Shown here: in pieces, positions 39,422-47,541 of the stretch | How the letters are laid out: each line of letters opens with the position of its first letter | Numbering within the stretch: position 1 is the stretch's first letter | DNA from: Alphaproteobacteria bacterium | GTDB lineage: Bacteria; Pseudomonadota; Alphaproteobacteria; CADEGL01 | Reading direction: 5' to 3' | Assembly: GCA_963583595.1 (NCBI GenBank) | Contig: CAUZWC010000001.1 | Span: 1-61,139 of the forward strand | DNA: 61,139 nt | Notes under the pieces: model-generated | What the model saw: only the letters and a program-made list of their open reading frames with translations | The model's database searches: none | What the model was told of the DNA's origin: nothing | Position numbers and translations under genes: made by a program

Positions 39422-40219
39422 CTATAGGCTGAACCTTTCGCCCAGGTAAACCCGGCGAACGTCCTCATGGCTGACGATCTCCGAAGGCCGGCCCGTCATC
39501 AGAACGGAGCCGTTGTGGATGATATAGGCCCGGTCGACGATCTCCAGCGTTTCGCGGACATTGTGGTCGGTGATCAGCACGCCGAGGCCGCGATCCTTGA
39601 GATGGGCGACAAGGTCGCGAATATCGTTGAGCGCGATCGGATCGATGCCCGCCAGCGGCTCGTCGAGCAGGATGAAATGGGGCTGGGTGGCCAGGGCGCG
39701 GGCGATCTCGACCCGGCGCCGCTCGCCGCCGCTAAGCGCCACGGCGGGCGCGCGGCGCAGATGGGTGATCGAGAATTCGGCGAGCAGATCGTCGAGCATG
39801 ATCTCGCGCCGTTCGCGGTCTTTTTCGACCACTTCGATGACTGCCCGGATATTCTCCTCCACCGAAAGCCCCCGGAAGATCGACGGCTCCTGGGGCAGAT
39901 AGCCGATCCCCAGGCGCGCGCGCTGGTACATCGGCAGATGGGTGATATCGACGCCGTCCAGGCTGACCGAGCCGGAATCGGCGCTGATCAGGCCGGTCAG
40001 AATATAGAAGCAGGTCGTTTTGCCCGCGCCGTTCGGGCCGAGCAGGCCGACGGCCTCGCCGCGCCGCACGGTCAGGCTGATATCGCGCAGGACCGGGCGC
40101 TTCTTGAACTGCTTGCCCAGATTGTTCGCCGCAAGACCCGGATTGTCGGCCACCAGCTGCGGCGCCCCGTCGAGTCGCGCGGTATCGTCCGGCCTGTTTT
40201 GGCGATCGCGATCAGTCAT
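39422..40219 (-). CDS. lptB: LPS export ABC transporter ATP-binding protein
   Basis: Walker A GPNGAGKTT, signature LSGGERRRVEIARAL, Walker B ILLDEP. Located between lptA and rpoN. Confidence 0.94.
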   Translation of the reverse strand: MTDRDRQNRPDDTARLDGAPQLVADNPGLAANNLGKQFKKRPVLRDISLTVRRGEAVGLLGPNGAGKTTCFYILTGLISADSGSVSLDGVDITHLPMYQRARLGIGYLPQEPSIFRGLSVEENIRAVIEVVEKDRERREIMLDDLLAEFSITHLRRAPAVALSGGERRRVEIARALATQPHFILLDEPLAGIDPIALNDIRDLVAHLKDRGLGVLITDHNVRETLEIVDRAYIIHNGSVLMTGRPSEIVSHEDVRRVYLGERFSL

Positions 40220-40342
40220 GACTCTCCAAGCTTGGTGGTATAGTGCCGGCCGCTTGCGGGCGACCGGCTTCGGGCCGGACCTTATCGAACCTGACGGTTC
40301 CGGACCCGATTCGTCCCGGTCGGCACGAGGGGCCGGGCCGGG

Positions 40343-41221
40343 TCAGGACCCATCCGGCTTGGCGTTCGGGATGAAAATTCCATGCACGCGCGCCTTGCCG
40401 CCACCGATCTTTCCGCTCGACACGCTCGGCCGGCCGAGCAACCGGCTTACGCCCGTGTTGAGATTGACCTCTGCGAGGTCGCCGTTGATCTGGTTCGACC
40501 CCTGCGTGATCTTAACTGAACCGGAGAGCGCGGCGATACCGCTTTCGGTCCGGTAGTCGCCGTAGTCCGCGCGCACGAATTCGGTGGCGGTCTGGATCTG
40601 GACCTCGCCGAAGGCCTCGACCCGGTGGACGCTGAAACGCCCGGCCTGATCCTCGCGCATATGGGCGCTGATGACATCGGCGCGCAGGCGCTTGCCGCCC
40701 TGATCGGCGACCGCGTTGCCCCGCGCGACGGCGAGGCCGGTTGCCTCCCAATATTCCAGGCTCTGTTCAGCGGTGATGGTTTCCGACGGGGTGCGAAACC
40801 GGATGTCGTCGCCGGTGATGACGAGGAGGCCCTGCTCCACGTCATAGATCGCGAAGTCGCCTGTCGCGTTCTCGTTGGGCGTGGCGATTCGGACATTGCC
40901 GCGGGCTTCGAGGCGGTAGATCTCGGTGTCGCTGGCAGTGGTCTCACGATAGAAGGCGGTCAACTCGTCCGCCCGAACGGTCACCTCGCCGCTCTGCGCG
41001 ACGGCATTGCCGCGCGCGATATAGACCTGGGCGCGCTGCTGCCATTCGATGCCTTCCTCGGCCTGGATCGTGATCGGCTGATCCGATCCGGCTGCGCCGA
41101 AGCTGGAGCCGAGCGACTGGGCCAGGAGCGGCCCGCCGTGTAGCGGCGACAAGACCAGCGCGAAGGCCAGGGCAAAGGCCAGGGTCGTGCCCCGGGCGAT
41201 GGTGGCGCGGCGGCCGGTCAC
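40343..41221 (-). CDS. lptA: LptA/OstA-like periplasmic LPS transport protein (long form, 292 aa)
   Basis: Signal peptide followed by repeated OstA-type beta units (ARGNAVAQSGEVTVRADEL, ARGNVRIATP, ARGNAVADQGGKRLRADVI, FGEVQIQTATEFVRADY, LSGSVKITQGSNQINGD). Sits between lptC and lptB. Confidence 0.8.
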   Translation of the reverse strand: MTGRRATIARGTTLAFALAFALVLSPLHGGPLLAQSLGSSFGAAGSDQPITIQAEEGIEWQQRAQVYIARGNAVAQSGEVTVRADELTAFYRETTASDTEIYRLEARGNVRIATPNENATGDFAIYDVEQGLLVITGDDIRFRTPSETITAEQSLEYWEATGLAVARGNAVADQGGKRLRADVISAHMREDQAGRFSVHRVEAFGEVQIQTATEFVRADYGDYRTESGIAALSGSVKITQGSNQINGDLAEVNLNTGVSRLLGRPSVSSGKIGGGKARVHGIFIPNAKPDGS

Positions 41222-41913
41222 TCCGCCTGGTCCTTGGCCTTGGGCCGCAGGACCAGGGTTGCGTTGCCCGTGAAGATGACCCGCTCGCCCTCATCGAACA
41301 CCTGGAAGCCTTCGGCGACGATCGTGCCGAACGGCCCCTGGCCGTCGATCGGCTCGAAGCCGAAGGCCGCGCCCTGGGCCATATCCACGAAGGCGGTTGC
41401 GGTCTCGAACTCGTAGCCGGCATCGTGGAACATGTTGACATGGCCGTCGAGCTCGACCGTCTGGTCGGCCTGGCGGAACACGCCGTAATCCGCGGTCAGG
41501 GCCACCCAGGTGCCGTTCTCGAGCGTGATGTCCGCCTTCGGAGCGGTGAGGCGGACCTGCTGCGATCCGGGCGAGACCTCGGTTGCCATCTCGGCGGTCA
41601 CGGCGAAGGGCTGGTTACGGCCGTCGATGCCCATGAAGCGGGCATTGATCATGGCCAGATTCTCGATCTCCTCGGGGCTGACCTTGGCAGCCGCGAGGGG
41701 TAGCTCGTTGTCGTTCGAGCGAAGCTGCGGCCAGGCCGCCACCGCGCCGATCAGGATCGCGGCGACTGTGGGCATGATCAGCTTGAGCAGGCGGATCGCC
41801 CGGGCGTAATGGCTGTGCATGCGCCGCCGCACGAAAGGCGCGCCGCGGCCCGGCCGGGCCGGTTGGGGCCTCTGCGGCCTTGGGTCGTCGATACGGCCGT
41901 CCGCCAAGGCCAT
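41218..41913 (-). CDS. lptC: LPS export protein LptC (start uncertain)
   Basis: Single N-terminal TM (LLKLIMPTVAAILIGAVAAW) and a periplasmic beta-jellyroll. The stop overlaps the lptA start. Alternative start at ATG 41820. Confidence 0.75.
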   Translation of the reverse strand: MALADGRIDDPRPQRPQPARPGRGAPFVRRRMHSHYARAIRLLKLIMPTVAAILIGAVAAWPQLRSNDNELPLAAAKVSPEEIENLAMINARFMGIDGRNQPFAVTAEMATEVSPGSQQVRLTAPKADITLENGTWVALTADYGVFRQADQTVELDGHVNMFHDAGYEFETATAFVDMAQGAAFGFEPIDGQGPFGTIVAEGFQVFDEGERVIFTGNATLVLRPKAKDQAE

Positions 41914-41917
41914 ATCC

Positions 41918-42904
41918 CTAGGCAACGCCGGCGCGCAGGCAGTCGTGAATATGCACGATGCCGAGCGGCGCGCCGCCATCGACGACAAAGAGATTGGTGA
42001 TCTTGCTCGAATTCATCAGACCAAGGGCTTCGGAGGCCAGAGCCTGGGGGCGGATCGTGCGCGGCGCGGCGGTCATGATTTCGCCCGCCTTATGTGCCAG
42101 AAGATCGCCCGGCATATGGCGGCGGAGATCGCCATCGGTGATGATCCCGACCAGCCGCCCATCGGCGCCGGTCACGCCGACGCAGCCGAAGTGCTTCGCG
42201 GTCATGATCAGGATGGCGTTCGCAACGCTGGCTTCCACTCCGGCCAGGGGCAGCTCCCCCCCCTCGTGCATGATATCGGCCACACGCAACAGCATGCGGC
42301 CCAGCTTGCCGCCAGGGTGGAGGACCTGGAAATCGTCCGTGGTGAAGCCTTTGCGCTCCAGCAGGGCGACGGCGGTGGCATCGCCCAGGGCCAGCATCAT
42401 GGTAGTCGAGGTCATCGGCGCGAGCCCGAGCGGGCAGGCTTCCGGCGCGTCCGGCAGGACGAGGGCGACATCGGCGGCATCCGCCAGGGTGGATTTGGCC
42501 TTGGAGGTGATCGCGATCAGGGGGATCGAAAAGCGCCGCGTATAGGCGATCAGGTCCGACAGTTCGGGCGTCTCGCCCGAATTGGACAAGGCAATCACCG
42601 CGTCCTGCCCGGTGATCATGCCTAGGTCGCCGTGGCTCGCCTCGCCCGGATGGACATAGAGCGCGGGCGTGCCCACGCTGGACAGGGTCGAGGCGATCTT
42701 GCGCGCGATATGGCCGCTCTTGCCCATGCCGGTGACGACGACGCGCCCGGAAACGGGCGCGATCAGATCGAGGGCCGCGCCGAAGCGATCGTCCAGTGCG
42801 GCGGCGAGCCGGGCTATACCGTCCGCCTCCAACCCCAGGGCGCGCCTTGCGGAGCGCAGATCGTCCTGGGTTGACGGGGCCGCCGCTTGCTTTCGAGTGG
42901 TCAT
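41918..42904 (-). CDS. kdsD: KpsF/GutQ-family arabinose-5-phosphate isomerase
   Basis: SIS domain (VVVTGMGKSGHIARKIASTL) plus tandem CBS domains. Confidence 0.92.
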   Translation of the reverse strand: MTTRKQAAAPSTQDDLRSARRALGLEADGIARLAAALDDRFGAALDLIAPVSGRVVVTGMGKSGHIARKIASTLSSVGTPALYVHPGEASHGDLGMITGQDAVIALSNSGETPELSDLIAYTRRFSIPLIAITSKAKSTLADAADVALVLPDAPEACPLGLAPMTSTTMMLALGDATAVALLERKGFTTDDFQVLHPGGKLGRMLLRVADIMHEGGELPLAGVEASVANAILIMTAKHFGCVGVTGADGRLVGIITDGDLRRHMPGDLLAHKAGEIMTAAPRTIRPQALASEALGLMNSSKITNLFVVDGGAPLGIVHIHDCLRAGVA

Positions 42905-43065
42905 GGATGCCGTGTTCCGCTTGCAATGGCGTCGAGGCGGATTATTGCCACGATTATCACCATTTAGCTCGGTTTCCGAGTATGCCGCCCGCCCTGGGCA
43001 GCGTCAATTCGGCGACCGCTCCCGTCCGGGCCGTGAAACCCGTCAAGAGCGCGATCAAGAAATTG

Positions 43066-43680
43066 TCACGTATGGGAGAAAATGTCTTCTTCTGGCCATC
43101 CGGCAAGGTCCAGGCGCGCGCGGGTGGGCAAAAAAGCGAAACAAGCCTGAGCCAGATCGCGCCGCCCCTCCCGGTCGATCATCTCGTCGAGCCGGGCGCG
43201 CAGGGCGTGAAGATGCAGCACATCGGAGGCGGCGTAGCGGATCTGATCCTCTGTCAGGTCCTCGGCGCCCCAGTCCGAAGACTGCTGCTGCTTGGAGAGA
43301 TCGACGCCGAGAATCTCGCGGCACAGGTCCTTGAGGCCGTGGCGGTCGGTATAGGTCCGGCACAGGCGGGATGCGACCTTGGTGCAATAGACCGGCCCGC
43401 AGGCCACGCCCAGATAGTGCTCGATCGCGGCCAGGTCGAAGCGTGCGAAATGGAAGAGCTTGAGGGTCTTGGGATTCGCCATCAGGGCTTTCAGGCGCGG
43501 CGCGTCATAGACGCCCTGCGCCAGTTGGACCAGATGGGCCGTGCCATCGCCGGCGGACAGCTGGACGAGACACAGCCGGTCCCGAGGGGTCTTGAGGCCC
43601 ATTGTCTCGGTATCGACGGCCACCGCGTCGCCGAAATCGAGTCCTTCGGGCAGATCGCCCTTATGGAGTGTTACCGTCAT
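43066..43680 (-). CDS. rnd: Short RNase D-type 3'-5' exonuclease (DEDDy domain only)
   Basis: VAVDTETMGL (ExoI), KLFHFARFDL (ExoII), YAASDVLHL (ExoIII). Start taken at the internal ATG 43680. The upstream part of the track ORF is the translation of a tRNA gene. Confidence 0.85.
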   Translation of the reverse strand: MTVTLHKGDLPEGLDFGDAVAVDTETMGLKTPRDRLCLVQLSAGDGTAHLVQLAQGVYDAPRLKALMANPKTLKLFHFARFDLAAIEHYLGVACGPVYCTKVASRLCRTYTDRHGLKDLCREILGVDLSKQQQSSDWGAEDLTEDQIRYAASDVLHLHALRARLDEMIDREGRRDLAQACFAFLPTRARLDLAGWPEEDIFSHT

Positions 43681-43721
43681 GAAGCCATACATCCGTGCTC
43701 GCGCGTCATGCGCGAGGACAA

Positions 43722-43808
43722 TGGTGCCCAGGAGAAGACTCGAACTTCCACGGGCTTGCGCCCACAGGTACCTGAAACCTGCGCGTCTACCAATTCCGCC
43801 ACCTGGGC
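43722..43808 (-). tRNA. tRNA-Leu (anticodon CAG), long variable arm, CCA encoded
   Basis: Reverse complement GCCCAGGTGGCGGAATTGGTAGACGCGCAGGTTTCAGGTACCTGTGGGCGCAAGCCCGTGGAAGTTCGAGTCTTCTCCTGGGCACCA folds as a class II tRNA. Confidence 0.93.
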
Positions 43809-43952
43809 TTCGGTCGGGCACATCGGGTAACGTTCCCGGGCCGCCAAGTCAACGGGCTTCTCTATCATGGCCTGTGGATCGGGGGGTGCGGTGGGGCGTT
43901 GCGCGTATTATAAGGGCGGCCGAAGACGGATATCGGATAGGGAGACGGGGCG

Positions 43953-44960
43953 ATGGCGTTGCGCCGGGTCACGGTTTTTGGCGGCTCCGGGTTTATCGGT
44001 CGCCACTTGGTGCAGCGGCTGGCGCGCCGCGGCGTCATTGTGCGGGTCGCGGTGCGCGATCCGGAAGGGGCCGCGTTCCTCAAGCCCATGGGCAATCCCG
44101 GCCAGGTCGTGCCGATGCGCGTCAATATCGCCGACCATGCGGGCATCGCGGCGGCCGTCGAGGGCGCCGATGCGGTGGTTAATCTCGTCGGCATTCTTTA
44201 CGAGCGCGGGCGGCGCAGCTTCAACGAAATTCATGTCAACGGGGCGGGCCGCATCGCGCGGGCCGCGGTGCTGGCCGGGGCGCGTCGCTTCGTCCAAGTC
44301 TCGGCCCTGGGCGCGGACCGCGCTTCGCCTGCCCGCTACGGCCGCAGCAAGGCCGCGGGTGAGGCCGCCGTGCGCGAGGCCTTCTCCGGCGCCGTCGTCT
44401 TGCGGCCCAGCGTCGTCTTCGGGCCGGAGGACGATTTCTTCAACCGTTTCGCGGCGCTCGCGCGCCTGTCTCCCGTTCTGCCGGTGATCGGCACCATGCC
44501 GCGTCTCGAGCTGCGGGCCGAGGGCGGGCCGCGCCTGGATCTGGCCGGCGATGGCGGCACCCGGTTCCAGCCCGTCTATGTCGGCGATGTCGCGGATGCG
44601 ATCATGCGCAGCCTCGAGGACGAGGGCACGGTCGGCCAGACCTTCGAATTGGGCGGTTCCCAGGTCTATCGTTTCGCCGAATTGATGGAATTGATGCTGG
44701 CGGAGATCGGGCGCAAGCGGCTGCTCGTGCCCGTGCCCTTCTGGGCGGCATCGGTCATGGCGACGGCGATGGGATTGATGCCGGTGCCGCCGCTGACGCG
44801 CGATCAGGTTCGCCTGTTGCGGCGCGACAATGTTCTGTCCGGCACGGCGCCCGGGCTGGAAGCGCTCGGCCTGTCGCCGACCTCGCCCGAAGCCGTCCTG
44901 CCCACCTATCTCGACCGTTTCCGCGTCTTCGGGCGCTTCGCCGACCGCCCCACGGCCTGA
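43953..44960 (+). CDS. NAD(P)H-binding complex I NDUFA9-like / SDR-family protein
   Basis: N-terminal Rossmann motif VTVFGGSGFIGRHLV, 335 aa, atypical-SDR architecture. Confidence 0.8.
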   Translation: MALRRVTVFGGSGFIGRHLVQRLARRGVIVRVAVRDPEGAAFLKPMGNPGQVVPMRVNIADHAGIAAAVEGADAVVNLVGILYERGRRSFNEIHVNGAGRIARAAVLAGARRFVQVSALGADRASPARYGRSKAAGEAAVREAFSGAVVLRPSVVFGPEDDFFNRFAALARLSPVLPVIGTMPRLELRAEGGPRLDLAGDGGTRFQPVYVGDVADAIMRSLEDEGTVGQTFELGGSQVYRFAELMELMLAEIGRKRLLVPVPFWAASVMATAMGLMPVPPLTRDQVRLLRRDNVLSGTAPGLEALGLSPTSPEAVLPTYLDRFRVFGRFADRPTA

Positions 44961-44987
44961 TTCGCCGGGCCCGCTTCGCCGCTGCGC

Positions 44988-45812
44988 CTATTGGCCCAGA
45001 AGGCGGGGCACCAGGTCGGGGTCGAAATAGACCGTGTAGAGCATCGCGCCGCCCAGCAGCAGGCGGTAGACGACGAAGGGCGTGAATCGCGCGCTGCGCA
45101 GCCAGACCATCATGAAGGCGATCATGATAAAGGCGCTGACGAAGGCCAGGCCGGCCGCGAGGACCGCCTGGCCCGTAATCACGACATCGCCCGCCTTGTA
45201 AAGGTCCAGTCCGGTCAGCAGCCCGGCGCCGATGATCACCGGGATCGACATCAGGAAAGAGAAGCGCGCGCAATCGCGCCGTTCGAAGCCCAGGAAGCGG
45301 GCCGCGGTCATGGTCATGCCGCTGCGGCTCGCGCCCGGTATCAGGGCGCAGACCTGCGCCAGGCCGATGACCAGGGCGCTGCCCCAGCGCATATGCTCGA
45401 CATTGCGGATCGTCATGCCCAGCCGGTCGCCGATGAACAGCACGATGCCGCCGATCAGGGTGGCCCAGCCGATCACGGTGATCGTGCGCAGGCCGTCGGT
45501 GATGAAATCTTTCAGGAAGTAGCCCGCAATCACCGCCGGGATCGTGGCGATGATCAGATTGAGGACGAGCTGCGCGCCCGAATCGAAGCGCCCGAGCAGT
45601 ATCTGCACCAAGCCGACCAGGATCAGCCACAGATCGCGCCAAAAATAGAGCATCACGGCGCCGAGGCTGCCGACATGGACAGCGACTTCCATGACCAACC
45701 CGTAATTCTCGGGCCAGCCCCCGTATTTCTGCAGGATGACGAGATGACCCCAGGAGCTGATAGGCAAGAATTCGGTGAGACCCTGGACGATCGCCAGAAT
45801 CACGATATGCAT
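44988..45812 (-). CDS. uppP: Undecaprenyl-diphosphate phosphatase
   Basis: ILAIVQGLTEFLPISSWGHL and PGASRSGMTMTAA motifs. Start taken at the internal ATG 45812. Confidence 0.92.
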   Translation of the reverse strand: MHIVILAIVQGLTEFLPISSWGHLVILQKYGGWPENYGLVMEVAVHVGSLGAVMLYFWRDLWLILVGLVQILLGRFDSGAQLVLNLIIATIPAVIAGYFLKDFITDGLRTITVIGWATLIGGIVLFIGDRLGMTIRNVEHMRWGSALVIGLAQVCALIPGASRSGMTMTAARFLGFERRDCARFSFLMSIPVIIGAGLLTGLDLYKAGDVVITGQAVLAAGLAFVSAFIMIAFMMVWLRSARFTPFVVYRLLLGGAMLYTVYFDPDLVPRLLGQ

Positions 45813-46075
45813 CAGCGTCAAGCTGCCCCCCTGACCTGTTTCGCCGCTTATATCATCCGCCTCAACGCGCGGCCAGTGACAGAATGGTACCAATTCGGGA
45901 TTAAAATTGACGGAATATCTAGTCGAGACTCAAGATCTTTCTCCGAGCAGCGCAATTCTTGGAATAATAAGACAGTACTACAGACATTTTATGTCGAAAA
46001 GACTGGCTTTTGAGGCTGGGGTTCGTTTATTCATGATCTGATCTGGGAAACCTTCCCTTTGGGGGACTGCTCGCG

Positions 46076-47530
46076 ATGACCGTGCGCATGCTGAAATTCG
46101 TCGGCCTCGAGAAAGCCATGCCCGACAAGCGACCGGCCGCGGAGCGACGCGGCGATTTCGACGAAATCTACGCCGAATTCTCACCTGAGACCGGCGCGGC
46201 CCAGGCTGCACGCTGCTCGCAATGCGGCGTGCCCTTCTGCCAGATCCATTGCCCGCTCCAGAACAACATCCCCGATTGGCTGATGCTGGCGGCCGAGGGC
46301 CGGATGGAAGAGGCCTACGAACTGGCCTCCGCGACCAACAACATGCCCGAGATCTGTGGCCGCATCTGTCCCCAGGACCGGCTCTGCGAAGGCAACTGCG
46401 TGATCGAACAATCGGGCCATGGCACAGTGACGATCGGCGCGGTCGAAAAGTTCATCACTGAGACGGCCTGGAATTCGGGCTGGGTGCGCGGGCCGGAGCC
46501 CCGGACCGAACGTCCGGAATCGGTCGGTATCGTCGGTGCCGGTCCGGCCGGCATGGCCGCCGCGGAAGAGCTGCGCCGCAAGGGCTACAGGATCACGGTC
46601 TATGACCGTTATGACCGCACCGGCGGCCTGCTCGTCTACGGCATCCCCAATTTCAAGCTCGAGAAATCGGTGGTCGCCCGCCGGGTCGGTCTGCTCGAAG
46701 AGGCGGGCATCGAATTCCGCCGCGAGTTCGAGGTCGGGCGCGACGCCACCCTGCCGGAGTTGAGATCGCGCCATGACGCGATCCTCCTGGCGACCGGGGT
46801 TTACAAGGCCCGGGGCCTGCACTGCCCGGGCGCCGGCCTCGACGAGGTCGTGCCGGCGATGGCCTATCTGACGGCGTCCAACCGGAAGAGCCTGGGCGAT
46901 TCCGTTCCCGGATACGAAACGGGGGCGTTGAACGCCGCCGGCAAGGCGGTCGTCGTGGTCGGCGGCGGCGACACGGCGATGGATTGCGTGCGCACCGCCG
47001 TCCGCCAGGGCGCCGTCTCGGTGCGTTGCCTGTACCGCCGCGATCGAGCGAACATGCCCGGCTCCGAACGCGAGGTTCGCCACGCCGAGGAGGAAGGGGT
47101 GGAGTTCGTCTGGCTCAGCGCGCCCGAGGTGGTGGTCGAGGGGAGTGAGCGCGATAGCGCAGGCGTCGCCGGGGTGCGTGCGGTGCGGACCCGTCTGGGC
47201 CTGCCCGATGCGACCGGCCGCCAGAGCCCCGAATTGGTCGAGGGGTCCGGCTTCTCGCTCGACGCCGATATGGTGATCGAGGCGCTGGGTTTCGATCCGG
47301 AACCCATTCCGGCCCTGTTCGGCGCGCCCGAGTTGGAGGTCACGCGCTGGGGCACGGCGCGGATCGATTGGAAAACCATGATGACCAATCTCGACGGCGT
47401 CTTCGCCGCCGGCGACATCGTGCGCGGCGGCTCGCTCGTGGTCTGGGCGATCCGCGACGGCCGCGACGCGGCTGCGGGCATCCACAAGCATATCCAGGCA
47501 CGGGCCGACGCTCGCGCCGCGGCGGAATAG
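46076..47530 (+). CDS. gltD: Glutamate synthase (NADPH) small subunit
   Basis: Fe-S Cys clusters (CSQCGVPFC, CPLQNNIP, CGRICPQDRLCEGNC) and dinucleotide folds (VGIVGAGPAGMAAA, VVVVGGGDTAMD). Confidence 0.95.
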   Translation: MTVRMLKFVGLEKAMPDKRPAAERRGDFDEIYAEFSPETGAAQAARCSQCGVPFCQIHCPLQNNIPDWLMLAAEGRMEEAYELASATNNMPEICGRICPQDRLCEGNCVIEQSGHGTVTIGAVEKFITETAWNSGWVRGPEPRTERPESVGIVGAGPAGMAAAEELRRKGYRITVYDRYDRTGGLLVYGIPNFKLEKSVVARRVGLLEEAGIEFRREFEVGRDATLPELRSRHDAILLATGVYKARGLHCPGAGLDEVVPAMAYLTASNRKSLGDSVPGYETGALNAAGKAVVVVGGGDTAMDCVRTAVRQGAVSVRCLYRRDRANMPGSEREVRHAEEEGVEFVWLSAPEVVVEGSERDSAGVAGVRAVRTRLGLPDATGRQSPELVEGSGFSLDADMVIEALGFDPEPIPALFGAPELEVTRWGTARIDWKTMMTNLDGVFAAGDIVRGGSLVVWAIRDGRDAAAGIHKHIQARADARAAAE

Positions 47531-47541
47531 GAGCAAGCCCC

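Noticed and set aside
46000-46075. Sigma54 (-24/-12) promoter upstream of gltD (TGGCTTTTGAGGCTGG). Other TGGCAC occurrences are at about 20271, 47751, 56203 and 60538.
   Set aside because: GG/GC spacing is wrong at the gltD site. The other TGGCAC hits are inside coding regions and lack the TTGC element at the correct distance.
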